The translations under genes were made by a program, and so were the position numbers. 64,000 bases of DNA from a virus, in the IMG/VR virus record IMGVR_UViG_3300033120_000335, positions 5,024 through 69,023 of that record. One strand, 5' to 3'. Under the pieces are notes generated by a model. It had not been told where the DNA came from, searched no databases, and was given only the letters and a program-made list of their open reading frames with translations. Positions 49,717-58,406 of the stretch are shown piece by piece (position 1 is the stretch's first letter; each line of letters opens with the position of its first letter).

Positions 49717-50472
49717 CTAAGCACTGTTCACTACAGCAATTCTCAATGTGAACCACGGATTCCCGTTTGGAGAAGCCATGAAGAACTCTGGCGCGCCCGC
49801 TCCTGTGAGAGAGATGTCATCTCCAGGCATCAACACAGTTGGTGGAGTTCCAGGGTGGAAGCTGACAAACAGGGGGAATCCACCCACGAGAGGATCCAGA
49901 TTGCGAATCGAAATCGTAGTGCCATATGCAGGCACCAAGAAATTCAAGACACCTGGAATGAGTGTGTCTGGAATGTTTGGCGGGAAGACTCCAATACCAA
50001 GGTTTGGAGCCTGAGCCGTTACCGTAAAGACAGGCTCTTTGGTAGAGAAGAAGTCGTAGGGGGGGATCACAAGAATGGGCCCTGCTGGAGAAGGGGCTCC
50101 AGTAGTGTTCTGTGCAATGACTCTGAGGAAGAGTGTCGCATCATCATTGGGTAGGTATGACGCACCCGGATCCATAGGGGTAGCGTAGTCATTTGGGTCA
50201 AAAACAGCCCGTGTCAGACCTCTACCAGACTCCTCAATTCCTGGGAGTCCCCGATTTTGGATAGACTGAGACCTGAAATCCCCACCATTTAGAACTGAGA
50301 GGATTGGAAGTGCGCCGAACCCAGAAGTTCCCATGACAGGACCATAGGCGTCATTCAACCGAGCTGCGCCAACGAGGTCGTACCTATCTACACCATTCCT
50401 TTTTGGGAGGGTGATGTTGATTTGGTTCTGACTTCGGTATTGGTTGGAAGGGATATCTCGTTGACGGGTCAT
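49717..50472 (-). CDS. Putative virion protein (Pro/Gly-rich)
   Basis: Monocistronic between promoter motif and terminator. Confidence 0.55.
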   Translation of the reverse strand: MTRQRDIPSNQYRSQNQINITLPKRNGVDRYDLVGAARLNDAYGPVMGTSGFGALPILSVLNGGDFRSQSIQNRGLPGIEESGRGLTRAVFDPNDYATPMDPGASYLPNDDATLFLRVIAQNTTGAPSPAGPILVIPPYDFFSTKEPVFTVTAQAPNLGIGVFPPNIPDTLIPGVLNFLVPAYGTTISIRNLDPLVGGFPLFVSFHPGTPPTVLMPGDDISLTGAGAPEFFMASPNGNPWFTLRIAVVNSA

Positions 50473-50489
50473 TGTTCCCTCAGTAAATT

Positions 50490-50505
50490 ATCAGGGATTC
50501 ACCGA
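50490..50505 (-). promoter_or_regulatory. Putative phage late promoter, TCGGT-N7-TGAT
   Basis: Minus strand TCGGT GAATCCC TGAT. Confidence 0.55.
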
Positions 50506-50514
50506 GTCAAGAAA

Positions 50515-50904
50515 TCACTTTGACTTAGATGCTGTCTCTTCTCGAATCTTTGGAGCATAGGACTCTACGTTCTTGCCTTGAGAAGCGGCAAGTTTGGCTG
50601 CATCAGACCAAGAACTTGTGCGTTCCCCATTGACATTGGGAGCTAGGCTTACCCCAGGACCCTCTCTCTTGAGGACTTCTTGTCGAGCTGAAACACGACG
50701 GTTCTTATCTCGCATCTGACCAGCAACCCGGTTGTTTTTCGAGGCCCAACCATCTCCCTTGAACACCACACCAGAGAGTGAGATCAGCCTCTTAGCAGAG
50801 GAGCCACACGACTCACACGTTTGAATCTCATCGAACCGAGAAAGTGGTACCACACGTTCAAAGCAAACAGCACACTTCTCACATTCGTACTCGTAGGTAG
50901 GCAT
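50515..50904 (-). CDS. FmdB-family zinc-ribbon protein
   Basis: MPTYEYECEKC...CESCG...KRLIS...FKGDGW. Confidence 0.85.
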   Translation of the reverse strand: MPTYEYECEKCAVCFERVVPLSRFDEIQTCESCGSSAKRLISLSGVVFKGDGWASKNNRVAGQMRDKNRRVSARQEVLKREGPGVSLAPNVNGERTSSWSDAAKLAASQGKNVESYAPKIREETASKSK

Positions 50905-50919
50905 TCTGCACCTTACCCA

Positions 50920-52404
50920 TCAAGCCAACTCCCAATTCTTGACCTTCTCAAGGGTGGCTGCAACGTGCTTACAAACCTTGTGGACCGAAGTAGGGTCTTT
51001 GATGTCTGGCTTTGAGGCTGTACCTTTAGGTGCCCCATACAGGTACTCCCCAAATGAAGCCCAGTGTTCAGGTCCTTGCCAACGCCAGAACTCGCAGGAG
51101 CAAGAGACCTTGATGTCCATTGTCTGAAGCTTCTTCCGGTTACCTACACGCTCAACCTTCATCCTTACGATGTACTCGGAGTTACCCTCTGAACTGGGGC
51201 ACGTGAACACATACATCGCATTCTTCTGATCAAACCTCTTGCCTTTCGGCTCCAGGGTCTTTGACTTGAGGAGAACCTTAGGTGAGGTCTCAGACAAGAG
51301 TTCAGCAAGACGCTTCGCCACACGTACGGCCGAAGCTTCCTTGTTGACAAACCCATGCCCAGAAGGAATGACCTTCGCTGATCCTGGAGCATTGTCCATC
51401 TCACGAACATCCAGCCTATGGCCTGGAGATCTGTCCCTGTGTTCCCAATCTGGGTACTTCAGACTTGGGTTGTTAGGAGAGGGCTCTCCCAGGTCTTGTG
51501 CTCCTGGACCTGGGTCTAAGTTGTATCCAGGTGTGAATGTCTCTCGGTAGTACGTGGCAGCCACGTACCTTGGGTCAGGAACCCCGTACTCAATCTCCAG
51601 ACAATCAAAGAAATGAGACAAGTCCTCCTCAGACTCGAAAACAACACCCCTAACGAATCTGGAAAGTGGCACCAGAGTCTCTTCTTCAGTGGTGCCATCG
51701 AGATGAACGAGAATCCCATCTGGGTCAAAACCAATCAGGTCTCCCCAACCAAAGGCCATGTGGAAGAAAGAAATGGGCTGAGACGCCTTCTTTTTCCTTG
51801 AGTTTGAGGATGACCCGCCAGAGGGGAGACGACGAAAACGATCTCTGTACTTTGGATTGTTTCGTATGGAGCGACGACGCTTGAAGCTCGGGTTGTTCCG
51901 AATCTTCCTGTAGCGTTTCCGAGCTTGCGTGAGGATCTTGTTCTTCTTCCTCCGGTAATACTTCCTGTAGTACCTCTTTGCCTGACCCCTCTGCTTGTGT
52001 TGGCGCTCAGAATACGATGGAAACATGGCTGCAAAGACTTCCATTGCAGTCCTACGTGGGTAGATGTTTTCCTTGTATGGGTGGCCGTACTCTTCCCCAG
52101 GAGTTCCAGGAGACCTGACCTTGATCTTCTCGTTCGGAGTGACAGGACCTGATGGCGTATTCCAACCCCCTGTAGATGGACCAGGGGTGTTGACAACAGG
52201 AGGTCCAGGAGTCTTCCGAGTCAAGTCCTTTTTGTTGTCTGTCCTTTGAGGATAGGAACGAGCACGGTCTGACTTCCCAGTCTCACCTGGAAGATGCTCA
52301 ATAGTGTCCCCCTGAGGCATGGGAATGCCTTTTGCTGGCTTCTCGCCCACAAAAGTGCGAGTGCCGAACATCTCCTCAGCAGGGGCTGAAATTCGAGCAG
52401 ACAT
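50920..52404 (-). CDS. Multidomain protein with very basic segment and C-terminal SWIM-type zinc finger
   Basis: KRYYRKYYRRKKNK...; VSCSCEFWRWQG...VCKHV (CxC...CxH). Confidence 0.7.
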   Translation of the reverse strand: MSARISAPAEEMFGTRTFVGEKPAKGIPMPQGDTIEHLPGETGKSDRARSYPQRTDNKKDLTRKTPGPPVVNTPGPSTGGWNTPSGPVTPNEKIKVRSPGTPGEEYGHPYKENIYPRRTAMEVFAAMFPSYSERQHKQRGQAKRYYRKYYRRKKNKILTQARKRYRKIRNNPSFKRRRSIRNNPKYRDRFRRLPSGGSSSNSRKKKASQPISFFHMAFGWGDLIGFDPDGILVHLDGTTEEETLVPLSRFVRGVVFESEEDLSHFFDCLEIEYGVPDPRYVAATYYRETFTPGYNLDPGPGAQDLGEPSPNNPSLKYPDWEHRDRSPGHRLDVREMDNAPGSAKVIPSGHGFVNKEASAVRVAKRLAELLSETSPKVLLKSKTLEPKGKRFDQKNAMYVFTCPSSEGNSEYIVRMKVERVGNRKKLQTMDIKVSCSCEFWRWQGPEHWASFGEYLYGAPKGTASKPDIKDPTSVHKVCKHVAATLEKVKNWELA

Positions 52405-52406
52405 GG

Positions 52407-52979
52407 TCAGTATTTCATGTCGAGACCCAACCTTGGGTCTGTCTCGGTTGGGACCTTACAACAGGGTCCTGCCACAAGTACCTCTGTCCCTCCCGTTGCA
52501 AGAAGTAACCGAGCATCGGAATCCTGGCATAGGAGACCATTCTCACTGATCTTCAACGGGAGGTTCACACTGAAAACCGCAGGTCCTCCAGCCCTTACAC
52601 CAAAAGCATCCAGAGCAATTCGCTCATACAGGTTGAAGAGGTATCTTCCACCTCCCTCAATCACAGTAATGACGCTCGCCCCAGAGGCTACAGCTGAGAA
52701 GTCACTTCGATTCTGGTAGGAAGTGTAATTCCTGTAGGTGCTTCTCCTTGGGTCTGAGTAGTCTTCGGAACCATAGAGAATGAAACCCGTAGCCCAAATT
52801 CCATTTGACTTCTCAATTGTGAATTCAGAAACAGGTGGGGTCTGAACATCTGCGTACATGACCCATTGCCCAGACCTCCAACCCGTAGATCGGAGAATAG
52901 GACCTGCTGTAGCTTGAATCTTGTCCCCTACCTTGAGGACATCAAGATCATTGTCTGTGAGAGTTGCAGCTGTGCCCAC
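52407..52979 (-). CDS. Hypothetical, possibly virion protein
   Basis: GAGGT SD, packing; C-terminus loosely like the decoration protein. Confidence 0.55.
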   Translation of the reverse strand: MGTAATLTDNDLDVLKVGDKIQATAGPILRSTGWRSGQWVMYADVQTPPVSEFTIEKSNGIWATGFILYGSEDYSDPRRSTYRNYTSYQNRSDFSAVASGASVITVIEGGGRYLFNLYERIALDAFGVRAGGPAVFSVNLPLKISENGLLCQDSDARLLLATGGTEVLVAGPCCKVPTETDPRLGLDMKY

Positions 52980-52982
52980 AAA

Positions 52983-53729
52983 TCACCTCGTTCCGCCGTG
53001 TGGCTTCAGTTTTGGATGTTTGGGCACCTCGTCCCTGGACTCAGGAACACCTTTCACACCAGGTTGTTCAGTCATGATCAGGAATCGATTGAGTGTTGAG
53101 AAGTCCTTACCTCCAGGAGCATTCTCAATCTTAGTTGGTGTGGGTGGAGCCTTATTCGCCTCGGACCGAGCCTCGGATACAGTCCTGTCTGGAGAGTCAG
53201 ACTCTCGAACTGAGTTCACGGCAATGCTTGGTTTATTCGACAAGGCTTGCGACTTATCGAATTTACGTACTTCATACGTCTCGGGGTTGTGGACGAAGTA
53301 CGACTCCGCAGTGTTTCCCTGGGCAAGAAAACGTCTTGCGACTCTGTCAGGCCCCAAATCCAGAAACTTGCGTGCGACACGAGCAGAACTCTTGTCTCTT
53401 GAGGAGAATGGGGAAGTCATCAAGGCACCATCCACATAGTCTCTGTCCCCTAAAGTGATTCTGCCCCTAAGAAAGTCCTCACCCATCAACGACAAGGCAT
53501 AGGTCGTTCTGTCCAAGGCTCTCTCAGCAGCAGAAATTCTGCTTGGCACACCCTGAATCATGTCCCCAGCCACCTGGTAAAGATGATCTCTTTCCTTGGA
53601 TGACTCAACCAAAGAAAGGGCTCTGTCACACAGGATTCGTAGACGGTGAACATCTACGCGAGCCTGTGTGACACCTTCTGTGAGTAGAGCCCACGCAACT
53701 TGGCTGGAAGAGGTTTTGAGTCGAGTCAT
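52983..53729 (-). CDS. Hypothetical protein with RVAxxFL motifs
   Basis: SARVARKFL...DRVARRFL; start uncertain. Confidence 0.6.
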   Translation of the reverse strand: MTRLKTSSSQVAWALLTEGVTQARVDVHRLRILCDRALSLVESSKERDHLYQVAGDMIQGVPSRISAAERALDRTTYALSLMGEDFLRGRITLGDRDYVDGALMTSPFSSRDKSSARVARKFLDLGPDRVARRFLAQGNTAESYFVHNPETYEVRKFDKSQALSNKPSIAVNSVRESDSPDRTVSEARSEANKAPPTPTKIENAPGGKDFSTLNRFLIMTEQPGVKGVPESRDEVPKHPKLKPHGGTR

Positions 53730-53773
53730 AGGAGCTTCCACTCCCCCATCCTATAGAAGCGAACGCGTAACCA

Positions 53774-55012
53774 TCAGGCAACCGGATTGGCTTTGAGTGC
53801 CTTCTCAATGTAGCTGACTACTGATGGGGCTTCAACAGCGAGAATCTTCGACAATATCTCTGGATTGTTGCCGTACTTCTCCTTGGCAATCTTCACTCTG
53901 GAGAGCCAGTGGATCTTCATATCCCACTTCAATCCATCCCCAAGATCAATGTCATCACCCGCAAGGATGACACCCTCAATGGAGGTTGGAGTCTTGATTT
54001 TCAAAGGAGGCTGACCACTGAGGTCCTTCTGGATGCGAGCCACCACAGAAGGTATTTCAACAGCGTAGATCTTCGCCAGAGCCTCTGGATTGTCTCCGTA
54101 CTTCTCCTTGGCAAGCTTAACTCGTGAAAGCCAGTGCCCACTCATATCCCAGGAATCAGCGTCAGACACACTGGGTACAACTATGGCTTCTGCGAGAACC
54201 TTAGTGTCTCCCAATCTGGTTTTCTCAGTGGACACCAGTTGGGCCTTTCGTTGCTGTCGGATGATTTGTGCCTGGTCCTCTGGATTGAGAACATCCAGGA
54301 TGGTCTCCACTTTTTCAGCCTCAGCAGAGAAGATCTCAGTACCTTTGGGAGAATTCAGAATTGCGCGAGGAGAAGGTGTGTTATCCAACTTCTGAGCTGC
54401 CATAGCAGCCTCGGAAGCATCTCGAATCACCGTCTTTTGCTTCGCGGGAGAGGAGATACGACCCACACTTCGTGCGTCCTCATTGCCTGAGGAATCCGAA
54501 GACATCTCTGTTGCTACCTTCGCCACAAAAGGTTTGACAGCACCTGAGGATGCTCTGGACGCAGCTGTTGATGGACCAAGAGAACGTTCTTCTTCATCCT
54601 GGTTCTTGAGTTCCCGACTGAAAGAAGTAGGAACTACAGTGCCATCCTCACTCTGATCCGCTCGGATGAGAGCCCTCTTTGGACGAGCTGAACCTACATC
54701 ACGCTCATCATCTGAGACTGTGATCGGAGCAGACTTTGTTGCCTTCCCCTTGTCTTGAGCCGCTCGGATCTTGGTGTCTGAAGACTTGGGAGTGTAGGTG
54801 GAGATGTTGTCAGACTGTGGAACAAGCCATCCCGCCTTCACTCCAGCCCGAAGTTCATAGTAACTGTGGTCAATTCCATCCAACTTGAGGGTTTGCCCAT
54901 CAAATTGAACGACTTGGTTTTCTTGGAGGTCCCTTGCGAGCTTCCCAAGATGAATCTTGGCAATAGAACGAAACGAGTGAAATGTACCTGGTACAAACTG
55001 GAAATCAGCCAT
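53774..55012 (-). CDS. Hypothetical protein with duplicated C-terminal domain
   Basis: WDMxxHWLSRVKxAKEKYGxNPExLxKIxAVExPSVV occurs twice. Confidence 0.7.
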   Translation of the reverse strand: MADFQFVPGTFHSFRSIAKIHLGKLARDLQENQVVQFDGQTLKLDGIDHSYYELRAGVKAGWLVPQSDNISTYTPKSSDTKIRAAQDKGKATKSAPITVSDDERDVGSARPKRALIRADQSEDGTVVPTSFSRELKNQDEEERSLGPSTAASRASSGAVKPFVAKVATEMSSDSSGNEDARSVGRISSPAKQKTVIRDASEAAMAAQKLDNTPSPRAILNSPKGTEIFSAEAEKVETILDVLNPEDQAQIIRQQRKAQLVSTEKTRLGDTKVLAEAIVVPSVSDADSWDMSGHWLSRVKLAKEKYGDNPEALAKIYAVEIPSVVARIQKDLSGQPPLKIKTPTSIEGVILAGDDIDLGDGLKWDMKIHWLSRVKIAKEKYGNNPEILSKILAVEAPSVVSYIEKALKANPVA

Positions 55013-55051
55013 GTGTAGAACCCTCCGATTTGGAGACTCTACCGTCCAGAG

Positions 55052-55471
55052 CTAGATCTTGAGACTACAAAGGCAATCGAAAGCCTCATCATCAGTCAGG
55101 GAATCTGGAAACTCGTAGTCGACAACTCCGCTTGCTGTGAAGATCGACCGTTTACCACCACCAGAAACGATGATGATAGGCGGGTTTGCGAGACCTAAAG
55201 CAAAACCCAGCTCCACATACATCCCTCGACCCATGAGTCTGACTTCTGAGAGGACAACGAGAACGTCAGCGTTAGCTACGGACTCAAGATCCTTCCAAGC
55301 AAACTCAATCCTATCTTCTTCAGGCAATTGAAGATCAGAGAGACCCACAGTCTCATAATGGGTCACCCAATCCAGGGTTAGAGACAGGTTTGGGTGTTGC
55401 TTCACACGTTCGCAAAAAGACTTTGCGCGGCGTAGGTTCGAGACCGCGCCTGCAACATAAACTCGTGTCAT
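55052..55471 (-). CDS. Nucleoside 2-deoxyribosyltransferase-like protein
   Basis: RVYVAG...DLESVANADVLV...GMYVELGFALG. Confidence 0.75.
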   Translation of the reverse strand: MTRVYVAGAVSNLRRAKSFCERVKQHPNLSLTLDWVTHYETVGLSDLQLPEEDRIEFAWKDLESVANADVLVVLSEVRLMGRGMYVELGFALGLANPPIIIVSGGGKRSIFTASGVVDYEFPDSLTDDEAFDCLCSLKI

Positions 55472-55747
55472 GACGGGTTTGCCTCCACGTCAGAAGACGC
55501 TTGTCGGCAAGGTCGAACTGTTTCCAACGTAGATCGTTCGACGCGAATACACGCGGACTCGACGTACTCAAAGAGTGCGAGCATCTCTTCGAAGGATGGA
55601 CAAGGAGGCGGAGCTGGAAGACGGTGGTGGGTCATTTCTCTGACTTAACGAACCTGAATGAGTCTTTTCCCCACTACCATTTGGTTGCACAAGATGTTTT
55701 CTTTGTGCTAGCTTTCTCTTGCGACCGGGAGACGTTTCGTCACCCAG

Positions 55748-55779
55748 ACACCCTGCCAGCAATTCAGTTGGCAGGGTGT
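55748..55779. terminator. Hairpin, probable terminator
   Basis: acaccctgcca...tggcagggtgt inverted repeat; T-run is on the plus side, so orientation is unclear. Confidence 0.5.
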
Positions 55780-55799
55780 TCTTTTTGGCGTGGGGAGTT

Positions 55800-56381
55800 T
55801 CAGAGTTTCTTCATCACTTCAGTCCACTCTTCAAGGGACTTGCGATTATCACCAGTGTCAGCTTCTGTTGCTGGCTTTGGTACACCGTTGATTGACCACC
55901 CAGAGAGACCCTTTGCGTTCTCCTCTAGGAGCTTCTGGTAGATCTTGGCCTTCATGGGCACGAACTTCTTGAGGAGACCAAGGTCTGCACGAGGGAAGTC
56001 TGAGAGGAACTCACTGATCTTCGCTGCTTTAGAGTATGCCCCGACTCCAGTCCACTGGACGTGGTCCTTTTCATCAAGGTACATCGCCGCAGCAAGGTCA
56101 ACGTACGTAGATGCCTTGGGCTTGTTCCAGACACCTTTCTTTGGGTCCATCGTTTGAGAAAGAAAACGGTAACCCTTCCCAGGCTTGTACTCCAACCAGA
56201 ATCTCGCCTGAGTTCGAAGCGTGAACCCATATGGGTAGTCCTCAACTAGGTAAGCATTACTCTGCGAGTCATGCCCATAGAGAGGCTTCTTGACAGAAGC
56301 CTTCTTGAGCAAGGGGAGAAGAATGGGACGAAGTTCAGGCTTCGTATGTGCAAGACGGATTACGGAAGAACGTAGACTCAT
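55800..56381 (-). CDS. Tagged hypothetical protein
   Basis: MSLRSSVIRLAHTKPELRPILLPLLKKAS followed by an unrelated domain. Confidence 0.75.
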   Translation of the reverse strand: MSLRSSVIRLAHTKPELRPILLPLLKKASVKKPLYGHDSQSNAYLVEDYPYGFTLRTQARFWLEYKPGKGYRFLSQTMDPKKGVWNKPKASTYVDLAAAMYLDEKDHVQWTGVGAYSKAAKISEFLSDFPRADLGLLKKFVPMKAKIYQKLLEENAKGLSGWSINGVPKPATEADTGDNRKSLEEWTEVMKKL

Positions 56382-56428
56382 GGGTTTCCTCATTTCCCTT
56401 CACTCGAACCAATCATGAACTGGCCTCA

Positions 56429-56444
56429 ATAGAGCTTAAAACGA
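56429..56444 (-). promoter_or_regulatory. Putative phage late promoter, TCGTT-N7-CTAT
   Basis: Minus strand TCGTT TTAAGCT CTAT. Confidence 0.65.
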
Positions 56445-57392
56445 TCAGCTCTTGGCAAGCAGAGATGGACGACCCTTCTTCCGAGTGTGGGGAATCTCCA
56501 GATCCAAAAGCCAGCGGTCTACGGTCGATGCACCTACACCAAGAAGTTTGGCCATACGCCGAATTGGAGTGCCCTGCAAAGCCAACTCACGAAGTCTGTC
56601 CGGAGTCACCTTCTGTCGAACCTGATAGTGAGGACCTTGAAAACCAAAGTCTTGGAGCTTGTAAGCCATGCACTCAGGGACGTGTGGTCGGATGATGTCT
56701 AGGAAACGATGGGCTGTGTCCTCTCGTTCGAAGTGAAAATTCCCGGTGTTCTTCTTGATATGTTGCCAGCGTGGGCGAAGTCCGAATTTCTCGAAAATGG
56801 ATAGTGCAACCTGATGACTAGACTCATCTGCACCAAAAGTGATGGTTGGCCACCAGGCAGCACAACCATCATCCAAATACCAAACAGCCAGAGCAAACTC
56901 GTCTACGTGATCCACAATCTCTGGAAGAAGTCGCTTCCAACCCTTATCTCGGGACGCATAGAACATGTCACGCCACGGGACAAGAGTCCCATGAGCCACT
57001 GTGTTCATTCGAGCATGGGTGTAACCCCTCTTATCAGGCACATCAAAGATAGGGGTTGACCAAGCTCCCCAAATCTGAGTCTTCCACTCCAAGTAAGGTC
57101 TTTGTGATTCACAATGACCCTCTGTGAAGTGTGCCGCATTTGTACGGTGGACAATGCGTCCATCCCCTAACATTGAACCCACCAAAAGGGATTTCAACCG
57201 TCCCTCTATGGGTGGTACGTCATGCCTTTCCCACCTGGCTACAACATCGATGTTGTAGCGTCGTCTCCACGCCTGAACCCTCTTGATCGTCGCATCCGGA
57301 AGTCTGGCAGCTACTTCAGCATCCGTTAGCTTCTCATCCCTCACAAGGCGACGAAGTTCATCGGGAGACACAGGGCAATCAATTGCTCTCAT
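56445..57392 (-). CDS. Free-standing LAGLIDADG homing endonuclease with terminal HTH-like segments
   Basis: LVGSMLGDG and LAVWYLDDG motifs; IRRMAKLLGVGASTVDRW HTH. Confidence 0.85.
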   Translation of the reverse strand: MRAIDCPVSPDELRRLVRDEKLTDAEVAARLPDATIKRVQAWRRRYNIDVVARWERHDVPPIEGRLKSLLVGSMLGDGRIVHRTNAAHFTEGHCESQRPYLEWKTQIWGAWSTPIFDVPDKRGYTHARMNTVAHGTLVPWRDMFYASRDKGWKRLLPEIVDHVDEFALAVWYLDDGCAAWWPTITFGADESSHQVALSIFEKFGLRPRWQHIKKNTGNFHFEREDTAHRFLDIIRPHVPECMAYKLQDFGFQGPHYQVRQKVTPDRLRELALQGTPIRRMAKLLGVGASTVDRWLLDLEIPHTRKKGRPSLLAKS

Positions 57393-57437
57393 CAGGCAGT
57401 TGGTTACACATAATGCTCTATTATGCAAACAGAAAGC

Positions 57438-57466
57438 AAAAAGCCCCAGTTTTTTAGACTGGGGCT
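57438..57466 (-). terminator. Intrinsic terminator after the major capsid gene
   Basis: agccccagt...actggggct hairpin with T-tract on the minus strand. Confidence 0.85.
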
Positions 57467-57505
57467 CCTCACAACTTTCAGGGTAAAAACCCTGAGAATC
57501 AGGCT

Positions 57506-58384
57506 TCAGCGAGTGATTGAGAGGCGAACCAAACCACGGGGGTTGAAGGCCCCAATGCCTAGGTTTTCAAAGACTGAGAAACCAATTGTGCGTGCCTTCG
57601 GGTCGTCTGCCGAAAGAACCGTGAGTTCCGTACGAACTGGGATGCGACCGAACATTTCCGGCTCGCAGCAAACGTACACAGTTCCGACTGGTACGAGACG
57701 GCTCGTGATGACCTGAGCGCCCCAGAGGGTTGCCTGAAGGCCTGTCTTGAGCAATGTCGCCTGGCTCTCGATGTCCAGGATGTCGCGACCGAACTTGCGG
57801 ATATCCGCATAGTCACGTGCGTTCATGTACACGCGAGCAACACGAAGATCGTGACGCTCAACGAGTGCGAAAGCGTCCGCGAGGACTGCGCCTGTGATTG
57901 GTGCGATCACAGGAATGTCAGCATTCAATCCGCCTGGAAGCGAGTCGAAACCATTCACTGCGATTGCGTCAAGAACTGCGAACACGCGCTCATCTTCAGC
58001 TGCCTGAATCATGGAGCGAGCGAGATCCTGAGCACGTTCAATGAGGTCGAAACGACGCTCCTTGATCTGCGTGAGGGGAATCTCTGGGTTCGATGCGATC
58101 TCGAAGAGCGGGAAAATCACACGACGTGGCTTGGTGATGGCAAGAATGTTCTCGCCTTCCTCGCCGACCACATACGCCGTAACGTCTGGGTCCTTGTCGT
58201 AGATTGGAAGCGCTCCGTCTGGAAGCTGTTCGACCAAGAAGGTCTTACGGCCTACGGACATGTAGTCGCGGCGTGTGCGGAGCGGCTGCGTCATCGATGC
58301 AGCGAGCTTGTTACGGCCCGAAGCAGTCTTGAGGTAGTCGCTGATGATCTTCTGCTTGACAGCGTTGTTGACGTTGGTAGTCAT
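57506..58384 (-). CDS. Major capsid protein (probable HK97 fold)
   Basis: Order protease-scaffold-decoration-MCP; AGGAGG SD and strong terminator; ERRFDLIERAQ...IQAAEDERVF and ENLGIGAFNPRGLV patterns. Confidence 0.85.
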   Translation of the reverse strand: MTTNVNNAVKQKIISDYLKTASGRNKLAASMTQPLRTRRDYMSVGRKTFLVEQLPDGALPIYDKDPDVTAYVVGEEGENILAITKPRRVIFPLFEIASNPEIPLTQIKERRFDLIERAQDLARSMIQAAEDERVFAVLDAIAVNGFDSLPGGLNADIPVIAPITGAVLADAFALVERHDLRVARVYMNARDYADIRKFGRDILDIESQATLLKTGLQATLWGAQVITSRLVPVGTVYVCCEPEMFGRIPVRTELTVLSADDPKARTIGFSVFENLGIGAFNPRGLVRLSITR

Positions 58385-58406
58385 GATGGTGTCCTCCTAT
58401 TCGCGA

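Noticed and set aside
55353..55762. Small minus-strand ORFs between the NDT-like gene and the tagged gene
   Set aside because: Ambiguous starts, overlap with neighbours, no recognisable features
56445..58384. Intron or intein hosting the LAGLIDADG gene
   Set aside because: MCP appears complete and is followed by a terminator; no splice-junction residues or split gene seen
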